Source: Utricularia gibba
Lineage: Eukaryota; Plantae; Magnoliophyta
NCBI GenBank assembly: GCA_002189035.1
Contig: CM007989.1
Coordinates: forward strand, 1,674,001-1,738,000
Length of the DNA stretch: 64,000 nt
Reading direction: 5' to 3'
Under the pieces are notes generated by a model. That model worked only from the letters and a program-made list of their open reading frames with translations. It made no database searches and had not been told where the DNA came from. This document shows, piece by piece, positions 12,261-28,745 of this stretch. The stretch's first letter is position 1. The number at the start of each line of letters is the position of its first letter. A program made the translations under genes and the position numbers.

Positions 12261-12811
12261 TGATCGATCTTGAACCAAAAGCTCTCTTTGGTTGTCATGT
12301 CCGAAACTTCAATTTGATGCTGAAAACGGCTTTGTTCAGTGGCCTATGTGCCCCCGTTGGTCAGGATTAATACAGTCTACTGTAGGTAATCCCTGCCCAC
12401 TTTAGTTGGAGTTAAATTGTGCTGTCCTGAGAATGTCACTTGCTACTTCTGGATATTATTCGAAATATTATGCAATGAGTACAGTCTTCTTTACCTATTG
12501 TTATTGTACGTAAAAAAGGCAGCAATGGACAGACCAAATCCTTAGCAAATTGGCCATTCTAACTCGTTCCACATGCATTGATTATTACATGAACCGTCAA
12601 GGGAGGTCGCAGTTGTTTCAGAATCACAAAGAATGGAGAACATCTCAGAACTACTCTGCTCACTGAATAGGGGGGAAGGGCTGACAGCTGAGCAGCTTCT
12701 TTTATTGGTGCCAAGGAAGCAGGTGTAAGGGTTGCGGTGGCCCAATTGTTCAGCAAACTACTCTGTAATAGTGTGTGAGACTTTTGGGAGAAACACGAAA
12801 GCTCACAGTGC

Positions 12812-14757
<1,946 letters not shown>

Positions 14758-15164
14758 TCGCGGTGGCTTCTCTTCAGGCTTGACCAACTGATCGGCGAAC
14801 CCTTCAAACACAAAAATGAATAAAGCCCCCTCTGAAGGAAAACAACATTAAACAACGTTAATTCGTTTATATTAATATTTAAAGGAAAAAAAATCCCATA
14901 AATCCAATCGCCCCTTCTTTATCCATTTAATTTAATTTAAATATTCTAATCTAATATCAAAATTTGAAAAGAAAAAAAAAGAAAAGAAAAGAAATCCTGC
15001 CAGTTTTTTGATGCTCAATTCTTATAATAATTCAGAAAGTATCATCATCCCTGGTTTTCTTCAAAAGTTGCAACCAGTCCCAGGGCTTCTTTGATTCAGT
15101 TCCTCAGCGCATCGAGATTGATCTTCTTGGAGTTGAGTCTGCCCCAAAAGGATGGATGCCTTGT

Positions 15165-18100
15165 TCACGCTGCTCTGCGTCCAGCTTCGGGAGATGCAGC
15201 AACATTCTTGGTTGCCAGCCGCCGTTTGTAGCGTTTGAGTACAGATGCAAGATTCTCTTTGCCTTTGGGGAAGGCCACGTCTCCGGCTGCAGTGCCCGAC
15301 CGGCCCTTCCGGGAAGACACCGCGATTTCGACGTCTTTGATCATCTCCAACAGCATAGATGCAGTTGTGAGCTTCCCTGAGCACAGCCTGGGAGGCGGAG
15401 GCAGGCTGCTCTGTGACGCGGGTGAGCCGCACCGCCGCTGCTGGTACCCATCGGGAAGCTGCAGGCAAAAGCAAGAGGTGCGCGGGATCGCGGCTTTGTG
15501 AAGGCTGGATCAATAATACCCTGCGCTCAGAGAAAGAAGGCAATTACAGTGGTCGGAGAAGAAGGTAGGAAGGTCGGAAGGGCTGGTTAACAGAGACATG
15601 ATCTTGAGATTTTTACCTGAAGGCGATTCAGAACATACGTGTATTTGCCCAAAGTTCCGGCCTACTTTCGACGAGGGAGAGATCAAGAATTCTGTGTATA
15701 CACCACACTCCGAAGCTTATGATGAGATCTACACCCCATACGCACCCCTCACCACAGTTGGGAACCGGCATCAGCTTTGGGAGGCCAGCGTCATTGATCT
15801 GCACAGAGGCAGCGGCCTTGGTGCCCAAACCCCTGTTTTCTACTTCATACAAGAATTTCTCCCTCCGAGCTACTCGAGATATGACATCCTCATCGACCCC
15901 ATCATTTTCACTGAACAACCAGTCGGATCCTTCAAGCTTGAGAAGCTTTACGATACAACTTCTGAATGACTGAAGAAGCATTACTTCTGCGTCAAAAATT
16001 CTGGTGGTATCAGTAGCATTCGAGGGCAGTGACCCGCCACACCAAACTGTTCAAATGGCTGCTTGGCCCACAGAGAACCAGTAACTGAGCTAGAACGGGA
16101 CTGCAAGGATGATGGATCATCATGGACCCTCAGGGTAAAGAGATCATTAAATCCATAAGCAGTTCTAGCCCATGATGATGCAATTTGCTCATGTGCAGGT
16201 CGGCTAACCGACTGCTCAATGATCATTGAATCGCCACGCTGTGGGATACTGCTAAGCAATGACGAATCCCTTTGAGGACTATAAAGTCGTGAAATGCTAG
16301 GCAAGCTGTGAAACTTTTTCACGTCAGAAGGATCAGTAGTACGACCATCAGCTTCATGGGAGTAAAGATCATTCAAGTATCTTTCAGATTTCAATGCATT
16401 ATTACGGCAACAGGTACATTATGAAACCCCGGAGGTGTCTGATTACGCAGTCCACTGACTGGTTTATGAGACGATTGTCTGCCGTATGGGTTCACAGGGT
16501 TAAGCGTTACTGAAGGTTTGGAGCTTGTGTCTGGTTGACCCTTTGATGTGAGACAGCTTCCTTCTTTCGCAAGTTGACTCAGGTATGAACTCATATCATA
16601 ACCATGCACAGTAGCCGGCTGTTGATCATAACCATCAGAAGATGAGAGAAAGCGTAAACTAGAATAGCGCCTCTCCATCATGTCAGCCATACTGGAGCTG
16701 CTGTCTTGCCCGTATGAATCGAAAAAACCCATTGGATTAGAGACGGTTGGGGACCTTTTCTGCATACCGTGAGGTGATCCAGCACCTCGTTGGTCAAGCT
16801 GTTGATTTAAAGAACAGAGGTAACTTGATGATTGGAGAGGATCTGATGCCGTCCCAGCATTAACATGAGTATATCCAGTAGGCTGATGGCTGATAGTGTC
16901 CATTTTAACAGATGAAGACACTTTCGTACTTATTCCAAAATCCAAACCTAAAAGAACATGCAATTTCTTTTCCTTGGCTTCCTCTGTGGCTTCACCATGA
17001 TAACTAAAAAGTTGTCCCCAAAACTCATCTAGAAAGGCAGTTAACTGCCGTCTTGCAGAGCGACCTAATCCAGCTAGCCTTGAGAGGCTTCCTGTACCAC
17101 TGCCTACATCATCAATTGCACCACTAGAGCTTTTAAATGATCGTGAAGCTTCTAATGTTGAAGGCTGATTTTCTTCAGAAACAGCTTTGTCTAGCTCTTC
17201 CGGTTCCAATGGACCCATCTCATCATCTTTACCAGTTTGAACATCAGATTCCATGCTCAACATCCTCTTTGTATCGGTTATTAAGCTTTCAGTAGTTGGC
17301 AAGTCAACTTTCATAAGAGTTTCTGAACTGAACGCTGATTCGTCAAGCTTAACTTTGTCTGCTGCAGAGGATGTGCTGTCACATTTACTATCCTGAATTG
17401 TAGTCAATGGAAGATCGCTGTCAAAATCAAGCAATGATTCAGGCAAATTCAGAACAGGGCCTGGAACTGATATAGCTTGACGTTCTGTAATAGATTTCTC
17501 CATCTCCACTGCATTTTCATGCCTATCAATGTACTTTTCAATATGAAATGGCACCTCACAAGTCGCAGCTTTATCTCCTCCCAAAGATAACTGAGGTGAT
17601 GCTTCTTTTTCATCCCACCTCCGCCCCTGAGCATCTCTACTTGCAGATCTTAATGGAGTAGTTACCAAAAAAAGTGAAAAAAAGATGGAGGCACAGACAG
17701 ATATCAAAAGAATAAGATATGGAATGGGAAAAACACTCCCGAGGTTCCAACTCAGGCCACCAACCCATTCACTTGTGCCAAATATCATTTCCATGATAAA
17801 AACAATCTTCAGACCAGCATTCCTATAATTGAGATAAACGCTATAACTTCTACCACCTGAGAAACCTTGCATTCACCCATAATCGATTGACATGAAGCAA
17901 TACGGAATAGGGGGATGACTGAAGACGGGAGGAGAAGAGCACTGACAACCTGTGAAAAGATTAGTAGTTGAAATAAACCTTCAGCCCCTGCATTCCAGGC
18001 ACAGTAAAGTGCTGGAATTATGGCAACTGTTCTGATTGTGGCGCGATGTATCCAACCAGGAATCTCTAGTCTGAACAGGTTATCTGTAATTGCTTGTCTA

Positions 18101-19985
18101 CCAATACTCCAGGTCAAGGGTATCAAGTGGTTGAAGAAAAATATATACACTAGTAACGCAAATGAAGCAGTTGGACTTTTGAATACCTGAAACAACGTTG
18201 GAAAGATATCCACTATGAATTTAAACATAAGAAAATGCAGGGTTTAATGAAAAAAGAGATGAGAGAAACACTTGGAACCCAACAACGACCTGTTCCAAAA
18301 GAGATAGCGCATCCAGTAAACCCAGGGAAACAAGTCCACTGTCATAAAACACATTTGCTGAAAGGCTCATCAATGTACAATCTGCCAGGAAGATACCACT
18401 GAAGATGCACAAAGTGGCAAAAAAATGATAATGACATAATGCCACCTTAGAAACAGATGTTAGCCCTTGATCCAGCTGCAAAACAAAAATAACAAAAATA
18501 ACAAAAAAGCAGAGAAGAGGTAGGAAGCGCAATCAAAAGGTTAGTGCGTTTGCAGACCTACATCGGAAAAAAAAATGAAAGAAAATCATGCACATACGTG
18601 CACCATGTCAGTAAGCAGATGTGTGATATATTTTTTTACACGGTTCAATATCCAGATGATAGCTTAAATAGTACATAACAATCCCAATTTCCATGGCGTA
18701 CAATATCTATAGATCACAACAACAAAAATCAACAGCAAATAAGTGAAAGTAGTAACCTGCACTATAGAAGAATGCAGGTAAAAACTGTGAGGCATAATAT
18801 TTGCTCCAAGGAGAGCCATAAGAGCATATGTGTTTTCCCCACTAAGCTTCTCAAGCATACCACCCATGGAAAGTGATCTCTCTGGTTGGGAAACAAGGAC
18901 ACCAAAAAAGTAAGATAGCAATGCAAAACTTGCAGAGCATACTGGCACAAACTCTAGCCTTGAATTATCCTAGAAAACAGATTGTCGTTATTGTCAGCAG
19001 TGCACCTACTAGAAGACACATCTGCACACCCATGGAAAAGAAAAACTTACGACAAAATTGTAGAGAAAAGGAAATATGGCAGTGTCAAGTCCAGTCAAAA
19101 AGATGCAGTAAAATAGGTCAATTCCAGAAATGGCATTGAGGCCATAAGCAGTTCCAAGAACCTGCAAATAATATCTGAACAGCATAACATATCAAGTAAA
19201 AAAAGAGTTTACAACTACTTAAGATAAAATACCATGGTCAGATCCAACAAAATCATGGAGATCATGGCCTGAAATCCCAAAACTATGCAAGTCACATTAT
19301 CATACTCCTCTCTGCAAATCTAAAAATCGACAAGAATAACCAGGCATTAGATCTATTCATCCCAGCAAGACATGACAAAGAAAAATATTATGGAGCGGAA
19401 ATACAGAAAGCCCAAAAGTTCTGTACACTTCCATAATTACAGAGGTATATGCTCAGGCATATGTATCTGAATTAAGTAGCATGAAACAATACGCTCTGGA
19501 TATCCAAGTAAAATAAAGGCTTTCAAATTGAAACACATAACACACATCATCTTAGATGTAATCCCAAAAGTGGAAATCCATATAACAAAAAAAATCATAA
19601 CACGAAGGTTTATATTTAAGAAAACACCCCCTACACATTTTTTTATTGAAAAAAAAATCAATAGCTGTTCATAAACAACTCAATATTACCACACTACAAC
19701 ACATGAACCAAATTCCCATCCATAACAAAGGTATAACATAAAAATTATTACATGTGCAAGATCTTTGCTAGTGGCAATGGCTGTACAGGCAGAAAGGTAT
19801 TGGTATACAATACCAATCAAACTGATGACGAGCATAAATAGAGCCATATCATATCCCAGCCTAGCACCTCCTTCAATTGATGCAACCCATTTTCCAGGTC
19901 CCACATAGCTCACAGCAATGCAAAGGACAGGACCAGCAGCAGCAAGCACCGCACGAAAGTTGCCTAGGTTCTTATGTGTTTCCAT
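15165..19985 (-). CDS. EIN2: ETHYLENE INSENSITIVE 2 (Nramp-like N-terminus plus CEND); five one-base frameshifts in this sequence
   Basis: [56 protein letters not shown](G)[10 protein letters not shown]|G and [27 protein letters not shown]. Last intron is 15616-15521. Confidence 0.95.
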
Positions 19986-22900
19986 TATCACTAGAACGTG
20001 ATATTCTTTAGCAACCCACCTTAGGAATCACTAGTATGCAACAAAACATCCACCCTCCAAATTAAAGAAGCCAGTGAATGCACCTTATTTGAGAATCATG
20101 CGTACCAGCATCTCTACAAATACAAAAATTTATGAGAAAATTCAACTGTCAAAACTACCTGTCCTATATTGAAATATTGAGCGACCTTAACACAATCCTT
20201 CCAACTGGAACCTCTGAAGTGTAACACAAAAATATCCTTTCCTTGAAAAAAAAACTTGAGAAAACCCTGCTAAATGTCAGTGACCGCGGAGCATTTACAA
20301 AGTGGCACTTGTTTATCTGCAAAAAAAAAAAGAAAAAAATAAATGAAAATATTGTAATAAAAAAACGTTAACATATAAAGTGCAGCCTCAGTATTATATG
20401 TGGAAAATATCAAGTAACAAAAAGCAAATAGTCTGGAAAGAATTGAAAAATTCATCAAACTTAAAGAGCTGTTATACAGCATAATTGCAGACACAATTAC
20501 ATAAACACCCAATCAAGGATTTCACAATGATAGTTAACTGAGAATACAACACTGACTGCCCAAAATAGCACCATGGGCACGCTGACTATGCGAATTGATC
20601 GAAATGATCATTTGGAAAGAAACCAAAAGCAAGCCATGTGAAACAATTTACGAACTGCATAAAACCCAGACGGGAAAAACGTGTCTATATTGCTTTCAAA
20701 AGAAAGTATCGCTAAGGCAGCTATCAGCATCCATATCTTATGCGAAACATAAAATGTAGCACCCATCAATGAATCACCGGATCTACGTTGGCTGCTCATT
20801 GGTACAAAGTCTTAGTGCAAGGGGTTGTTTTTTGCTTTTTTTTTTAAATAGGAGCAGATACCCAGGTTTGAATCCAGGTTACGTGGTAGACATAAGGAGT
20901 AGAATGGCCAAAAGAAAACAATGAATCACCCAGAAAAGGCAAAACATATCTTGAACCAAATGACAAGATCGATAGCATTGATTAATTAATACCACGCAAA
21001 CAGCAAGCAATATACCTGAACAGTAACAAATAATCTCAGCACACCCCACTACGACATCATAAAACCACATAACCACACAGAAACATGCTGGAGTGAGAAA
21101 ACCAACATCAACCAAAAAGGAACAACATCGCAATACTTAATGGATCTACAAATACGGAAACCAAAAGAAACGCACCCCTACAACCACATGAACACGAGAA
21201 GCTGCTATCAGAGCCAAACACACACAAGTCATCGCTAGCGACTACACGAGCCTTATTCCTATTTCCTAAACTTCACTCTTGGACACACACCTGCACCCTT
21301 TTTCCTCCCAGCTCCTTTACACCGGATCCCCGTGACGAGTGCGGCGGAAATAGCCAGAGGCAAAGGTCATCATATCCACTGAAAAAACGGCGACAACAAA
21401 AAAAAGCAAGATAGCGATAGGGGAAAGAAAAGAAAGGGATAAAGAAGAGGAAGCAGCAGCAGAAGAAGAAATATCAGGAAAATAAAACCGAGCTTCTCTC
21501 GCGAAAGAGAAAGAGAGTAAAATAGTCAGCTACAGTTTGACATTAATAAATTAACCTAACTCCCCCCTCTCGCCCCATAAATATCCAACCCGTTTAATCC
21601 GTAATCATTTATTTAATCCACGAATTTGCATAATCTCCTTTAATGCTATGGAGCCCAGGGCAATTAGTAACCATTTTGGAAAATAACAAAAATAATAATA
21701 CTTTAACATCATGATACTAACTAAATTTATATAATATAGAGATTTGTACAAAACTAATATATAATATTAAATATCATTATTTAGGAAATATGTGATTAAA
21801 ACAACTTTCCGTGTAATACCATTATCATGTACCCGACTAGGGGTCCACGACAACAGCACACCGCATCACCATCTGTCTCAACGCTCGTGTCTTCATCCAT
21901 CTGGCTGACGCGTGGCGCTTAGGGATAACTTTGTAAAATGCTTTTTCTTTTTTGCTTAGGGATAGATAATTTAAGTAATTTTTTTCTTAATTAACAAAAT
22001 TAATATTTAGAATTATCAGTTTTCTTATACAATAAAATATGACCAGATTCCCAAATTCACAAATTGCGACTTTGAAAAGATGGGTCTGAGTTTGGAACAC
22101 TAGATTCAAGTGCTTGTCTCTTCCAGTGACAAAAAATAGGATAAATTTTTATAATGGAAGTTTATGGTACTAATATTTTTATATTGTTAAAATCGGATAT
22201 TAATTTTTATATATTTTACTTTTGAATCAAATGCAAACAACAACTAAAGTGTACTGGATGGAAGATAACTTGAAATTATAGTAATATTAGAAATTAAGAA
22301 AAACAAATAATACAAAATTCCTAATTTTTTAATATGTGTGGGGTTCTTTAGTTTTAACCCTAACTGCTGATGTGATCTTGAATATTAATAAAAAAAGTAA
22401 TTCTTTTTAGAGTGGAAGTCAATAATTGGACACCGCGATTTCCAAATATGGAAGCAGTAAACGTGTCCGACACCTCATCCTACAATAATGATCGTAATAA
22501 AAAAAAGTACCAAGTGATTAATTTGTCGGGAAAGGAAACGCATTTTCCTGAATTTAATGGCCACAGAAATATGCCCTCCCTGGAAAGAAAATACTTATTT
22601 ATGTGTTATGATTTTCAACATAATAAACAAATATTTCTTTGTGGAAAAAGATATTCTTATTTTTTAAAATAAAAAAATAAATCGTTTTGCTCATTTCAAT
22701 TTTTCATTATTATTCTCAAATTTTTTTCAATAATACATTTTATTTTTCTCTATTTCAAGTCATTTTTTAAACATATATTTGTATAAAAAAATCCACTAAT
22801 TCGTATTTTCTGGTGATTCGTTTCAAGCCCAATTAAGCCCAATCTCACTGAAATTGGGCTTCAAAAAACTGTCCGTGAAGCCCAGAATATCTAATTTAAT

Positions 22901-24690
22901 AAAAAATTGGTGTCAATATATAGTTAAATCCCGGTCACTATTTTCTAAAAAAACAAAATTTGAAACTCTACCCGCCATATGATAAAGGTGGAAGACAAGT
23001 GAGATGACATGACATGACCCATGCCCAAACTGTCCATCCCCAATCATAATCATTATCAAATAAAAAATGAATATTATGAATGATGAATTTCCTGTAAAAA
23101 AATAATTACTTTTTGTAATTAACCCCTTAATGGGGGGTATGTTTTGCAAAAATAATATGTGTGGGACCGCAAACACTCTTTTAGTCGTATGCCTGAAATG
23201 TGCGATTTTAGGGGAATCAAAATCATTGCCAATATTAATATTCGGGGAGAGGTAAAAATTGAAAATAAAAAGTAGATAAATCCAGAAATTGGTCAAAGAA
23301 ATCGGATTGACAGCGACGTTTAACCCCACTCCGTGCCGTGCCGCCGTGTTTTAGAGCACGCAATCCTCAGACAACTGTCGATGGACCTCGGGCCCGGTAT
23401 CAAGACCGAATTCCTAGATTTTAGGCGCAATGTTTTTTTTCATAAAAAAATAATCATTTTTGTGTTGGATTCTAGTAGTATATGTTGTAATTCCTCATTT
23501 TATTTTGTATTTTTTAATAGAAATAGGTGGAGTGGCTAATCCAATTTTATAATGCATAGGGTTGTTAATGAATATAAAAATGGTGGTGGCGGGAGAGAGA
23601 GAGAAATGGTTGAATTTCCGTACCAAATTGATCTACTCAAACACAATAATGTTACTTTTATTTTAGGAAGTTTGTGGTCAAGTTGGCTAATGCTATAAAT
23701 ATGTATATACATTTTTTAATTTTATGTGGTAAGTATTTGAAATCAGCCGGCAATAAAATTATATTTTATTTAATTGCGGCTAATTTGTCAAAATACATCT
23801 GCTAGGTTATTTTTCTGAATATTTTAAATAAATAATATGATCTCTTTTAAGAATTTTATTGGTAATCTACTATAAGTATTTATGTTTTACTATAATAATG
23901 TATATTAAGTATTCAACCTTTTTCCATTCATCCTTTTTTTACTTTAATAATGGAAAATTTCTTTAAGTATTTATTTATTTTTTATCAAGTTAACTTAATT
24001 TACATTTTTACAGTTATTTATAGTAATTATTGATTTTATTACCTTAATATCTAATTTATTAGTAATTTTCTTTATTCTAAAGTAGTTTTATTTAATTTTA
24101 ATCGATTAAAATTTAAAGTTTTAATATTCATTTAATTATATTATTATGATTTTCTTAATAATCTTTCGAAGTTCTTGGTTTATGTATAATCTTTAACTTT
24201 AATTATTTTTTATGATGAACAAAAAGCGAGAGCAATATATTAATTAGAAAAATGAGAAAAATAAATATTTATATAGAAGTAAATGTATTATGGAATTAAG
24301 GTATTTTATAAATAAAATTGAAATCTAAAAAGATATTTTTAAAAAGTGAAAGTATTATGGTAATTTACTCGTAATTGCAGGGGCGGGGGAGGGGGGAGAG
24401 AAGTACGGATACGTCTACCCACCATAATTCTCTGTTGACACTTTGCACACGCTGCCAGCACCACTCTCTCTCTCCCACTCCGCCTCTAACTCCCCCTCCC
24501 TTTGCAGATGCCCCCTGCCCTCCCTATACACTTACAAAGCTGCGCCTACAAGATAAATGTCTGCGAGTAGCTCTTCATAATTATCTGCACAGACTACTCC
24601 TACTGCTCCTCCATATATTCTCTTCTTGCTTTACACAAACACTTCGTCGTGTTTCTGATTCGCCCCCTTATCGAAGAGGAAGAAGAGGAA

Positions 24691-26518
24691 ATGGAGGAGA
24701 TGAAGAGCTCCAGGTTCAGAAGGATGTGTGTGTTTTGCGGTAGCAGCCAGGGGAAGAAAAGTAGCTATCAGGAAGCTGCCGTTGAACTTGGCAAAGTTTT
24801 GGTATAATATTTATTCTAATCTCTACGTCTCCCCTGTTTCTTTCTTTATTCCTTTTTGTTTTTGCCTACTCTCTGTCCCCTTCCCCACCCTTCTGTACGT
24901 AAAGAATGATGCTGATGATTTGTGGGGTTGTGAAGGTGTCGAGGAACATTGATCTGGTTTATGGAGGAGGCAGTATTGGGCTAATGGGTTTAGTTTCTCA
25001 AGCGGTTCACGAAGGCGGTCGTCATGTCATCGGGTGAAGCATCAATCTTCTCTGATCTCTGGAAAACACACGCAACCAAAACTACGTTTTGAGTTGTCTT
25101 CTTCTGTTACATAACTAAGGGAAACTTCAGGGCGTTTTTCTCTTGAATGATTCGAAGACCCATCTCTGAAAAACCATTCAAAATAATAAAACAAGACCTT
25201 TTTTGAGTTTCCTCCTCTGTAACTGACTGAATCTTTATGCATACGCATCTGCAGGGTGATACCCAAGACACTTATGCCTCGAGAGGTATGCATCTTCATA
25301 CTGCTGCTACTCGAGTTGTTGTTGTTATGTTTGTTGATGTAATCTAATCGAAGAGCAGATTCGTTCCCTGTACCCTAATGCCTTATCCATAAGATTTCCC
25401 GGGCCCTTCCTCCGGAGATTCATTTTTGTTTTCGTCTTTACCAGTTCCTACCACCCCATTATCCTCCGGTTTCTTCTCTTCCGTTCTTCCCAACTTTTCG
25501 TTTTCTTTAAGAATGTTCAGACCGACAAATGATGGGCTTGTCCTGTCGGATTGGAGGCTACCGCTACTCCTACTGCTACTAGAAATCTCATGAAGCCTTG
25601 GGAGTGTGTGTGTTTGTGTGTGAGCCGCCCAACTTTCTCTGTACCAATTCATTTATTTCTCTCACAGTTCCCATCATCATTACAGGCTGCAAAAACAATC
25701 CCCCAAACATCAAAATCCCGCATTTTGCTCTCTAAACCTTAAAAGACTCACTCTTTGTGTTTCCAATTGCAATTGTACAGTTAACTGGGGTAACAGTGGG
25801 TGAAGTTAAGCCCGTGGCTGATATGCATCAGCGCAAAGCGGAAATGGCCAGATACTCAGATGCTTTCATTGCCCTGCCAGGCAAAGTTTCTTTGCTCTTT
25901 AGAATGCATCTCTCGTTTTCCGTGTCATGAAAGCACAGTCTGCAAATTTCTTAATACACGCCTCTCTCGTGTAGGTGGGTACGGCACACTGGAGGAGCTG
26001 CTTGAGGTCATCGCGTGGGCTCAGCTCGGAATACACCGCAAACCGGTTCCTTCTAATTTCTCTTCACTCACCCTTTTTCGTTAGTGTTCATGCGTGTGAT
26101 CTGGGTAAAACCCAATCTGGAATCAGCCATCCTCTCGGCCATCTTGAATTTAGAAAGCGATTCAGATCTGCAGCACCCTCTATAGAATGCCCGTAAACGT
26201 GGCGCTTTTTGTCTGGGTAGGTGGGCTTGCTGAATGTGGACGGATACTACAATTCCCTGCTTTCCTTCATCGACCAAGCCGTGGAGGAGGGCTTCATCAG
26301 CACCACAGCCCGTGGCATCCTCGTCTCCGCGCCGACGGCGAAAGAGCTCGTTCGCAAGCTCGAGGTAAACCCATTCCATCTCTCTACCCCATTAGACCGT
26401 GTTAAACCCCCGACGGCCGTGTCGGCTGCAGGAATACGTCCCCTGCCCAGAAGAAGTGATCTCAAAGCTGCGTTGGGGAGACGCGGAGGGAGATGAACGA
26501 GAAGCTGCAGAATTGTGA
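24691..26518 (+). CDS. LOG: Cytokinin riboside 5'-monophosphate phosphoribohydrolase, 7 exons
   Basis: [73 protein letters not shown] intron at 25881-25974. Confidence 0.95.
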
Positions 26519-28745
26519 AGCGGGAGGGCCGTGTCTGTTCGGTAGGAGTAATAGTCGCCGGAATTTGATTTTGGTACACCCGACTTTGGCTCCCTGGGGA
26601 GGTTCCGTGTACCTTTTTGAACCGGACCGTTGCCGTGGTGTTCGGTTCAAGTTAACTATTTTGGAAATATGTACTGACATGCAGCGACTGGTATCAACCA
26701 ATTTCAGTTAGCCCTTTTTTTCTTTCGAAAACTGCACCCGTAATCTCTAAAATTGCGGAATTCCCCTTCCAACAAAGAACCAAAAGCGAATTAATTAAAT
26801 TGCAGGGGAGTTTGGATCACAACCAAACATTTGTGTGCGGTTTTGCAATTTCATTAAATTTCTAACCCTAAATATCCAAAGCTCCAAAAAGGTCAAAAGG
26901 AATTACAAGATGCAGAAGCGTGCCCAGTTCGTTACAGCCGTGCATTTTACCCGAACGTGACACGTGGAAGGGCATTGACAGCGAATCTCAAACCCTTTGA
27001 ACCTGCTACCCGGGCCGGGTCCGGCCCAATAACTTCACACCGCCCATTCAATTTTTCAATTACTCATTAGGGCTCCCAATCACCATCCTTTTAAACCTAA
27101 TCCCAATTCCATTCTCCAATTGAAATATAATCCAATAATTTTCAATTATATTTAAATTAGGGTTGAATCGGGGATGGTGGATGATGGGAGGTTTGTTATC
27201 ATATCATTTGATGTCCATGTACACTGCATGGTATGGTAGGTGCCGGCCTCATCCTCCTCCATTAAACTCATGTTACCCAATAAGGATGTAGGTCGCATGC
27301 ATGATGCGGTGTGCCCGCATTTATTAAATTAGTAGTTATAATAGTAATCATTGCTCCCACAATGAATATACAACTACTTCAGTTCCCTAGTAGACCCCCT
27401 CCCATGCCATGCCATGCCATGTGCCCACCCCCATGGCTTCTTTTATTTGCTTATTTATTACATCCCCCCCCCCCCCCCTTTATCTTATGTAATAAAAAAA
27501 GAAAATATTGTTTTGTAAGTAGGCATGAATGAATAATATATTTAATCCAAATATAGGAAACTATGAATTAATTATTACTTTTATTTTCAGAAATTGTGTG
27601 TAAATAGATATAATAATCAAAAAGTATTATGTTCTAGAATGAATATTTATTTTTTATTTAATATATAAAATTACAATTTAATCCTTTTATATAATAAAAA
27701 ATTTTAAAAATCTAGCACCACTTATTTATAAACAATTAAAAAATCCAAACATTATCTGATTAATGCATAAAATAGTAATTTTTTAAAAAAGAATATTTTC
27801 TCCAGAAATAAAAATATGCTATATTCTATAAAACACATTAATTTCAATTTTTGAGAATGAGAAATAAGAAATACAAATTGTGCATAACAACATAATCTAT
27901 GTAAAATCCAACCAATAGAAATAGAGAACATCACAGAGCTAAAGCAACAAAACCTGAATATGAAATTTGAATTGAAAATTTGCATCACATATTATTATTT
28001 AATGGAGTTAGGCATTGAGTCCAATCGACTATTGAAATCTAGTATTAAATAAATTGGATCAAGTCAATATGAAAGTATAAAAAAAGTACAATTCAATTGG
28101 TTGATTAAACAAAATATCAATTAATTAGTTCCGAATAATGGATCGATTTTTTTAAAAAAATTAGAATATTTAAATATTTACGCGTGGTGTGAAATTACCA
28201 AAGTGCACAAGGAATCAAATTGTCGACGAATTTAAGGGATCTGAATACGAGATTAAGGTGTGGTGAAGTTGATAGCGAAATTAATTGCTAATTAAACAGT
28301 ATTGAGTTAATAAAGTGAATTAAGTTTGCTAATTCCATTTAATTTCGATGTAAACCCGGCGACAACCCCCAACTGATGAGGTGAAGGCGAAGGGGAAGGG
28401 GAAGCCCCACGGCAACCGGCCAATAGGAAGGGGGGAACACCCCCCGCGTGGACAGCTAGATGACAAATACGACGACGTTTAGTGGTGATGGGAGACAGGG
28501 CTCCTCCAGCTGGAGCATGGTCAAAACATCTGTTTCGTATTAAATTAAATCCCAACCCTCCTGTTGTCGTTCAATCCCATTCCATCATCTTTCCTAATCC
28601 CTGACCTAATTCCCTTTTAAAAAAAGTAAGCGTCTCTTAGGGTTCTCTGTTAAAACACAAAGAGACATGGATCCAATCATTGCGTCTGGATAGATGGGGC
28701 TGGGGCTGTAATAACGAATCAGGGAAGGTGCTGATGGGGGGTGCA

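Noticed and set aside
15165-17815. Programmed frameshifting or G-insertion RNA editing as the explanation for the EIN2 breaks
   Set aside because: No slippery heptamers or shared structure, no precedent in plant nuclear genes, and unrelated neighbouring genes show the same defect; sequencing error is far simpler.
23348-23362. GTTTTAGAGC resembling a type II CRISPR repeat start
   Set aside because: Single 10-mer in plant intergenic DNA; no array or cas genes.
28374-28395. CTGATGAG...CGAAG hammerhead-like core
   Set aside because: Stem II cannot pair and the required GAAA is absent.
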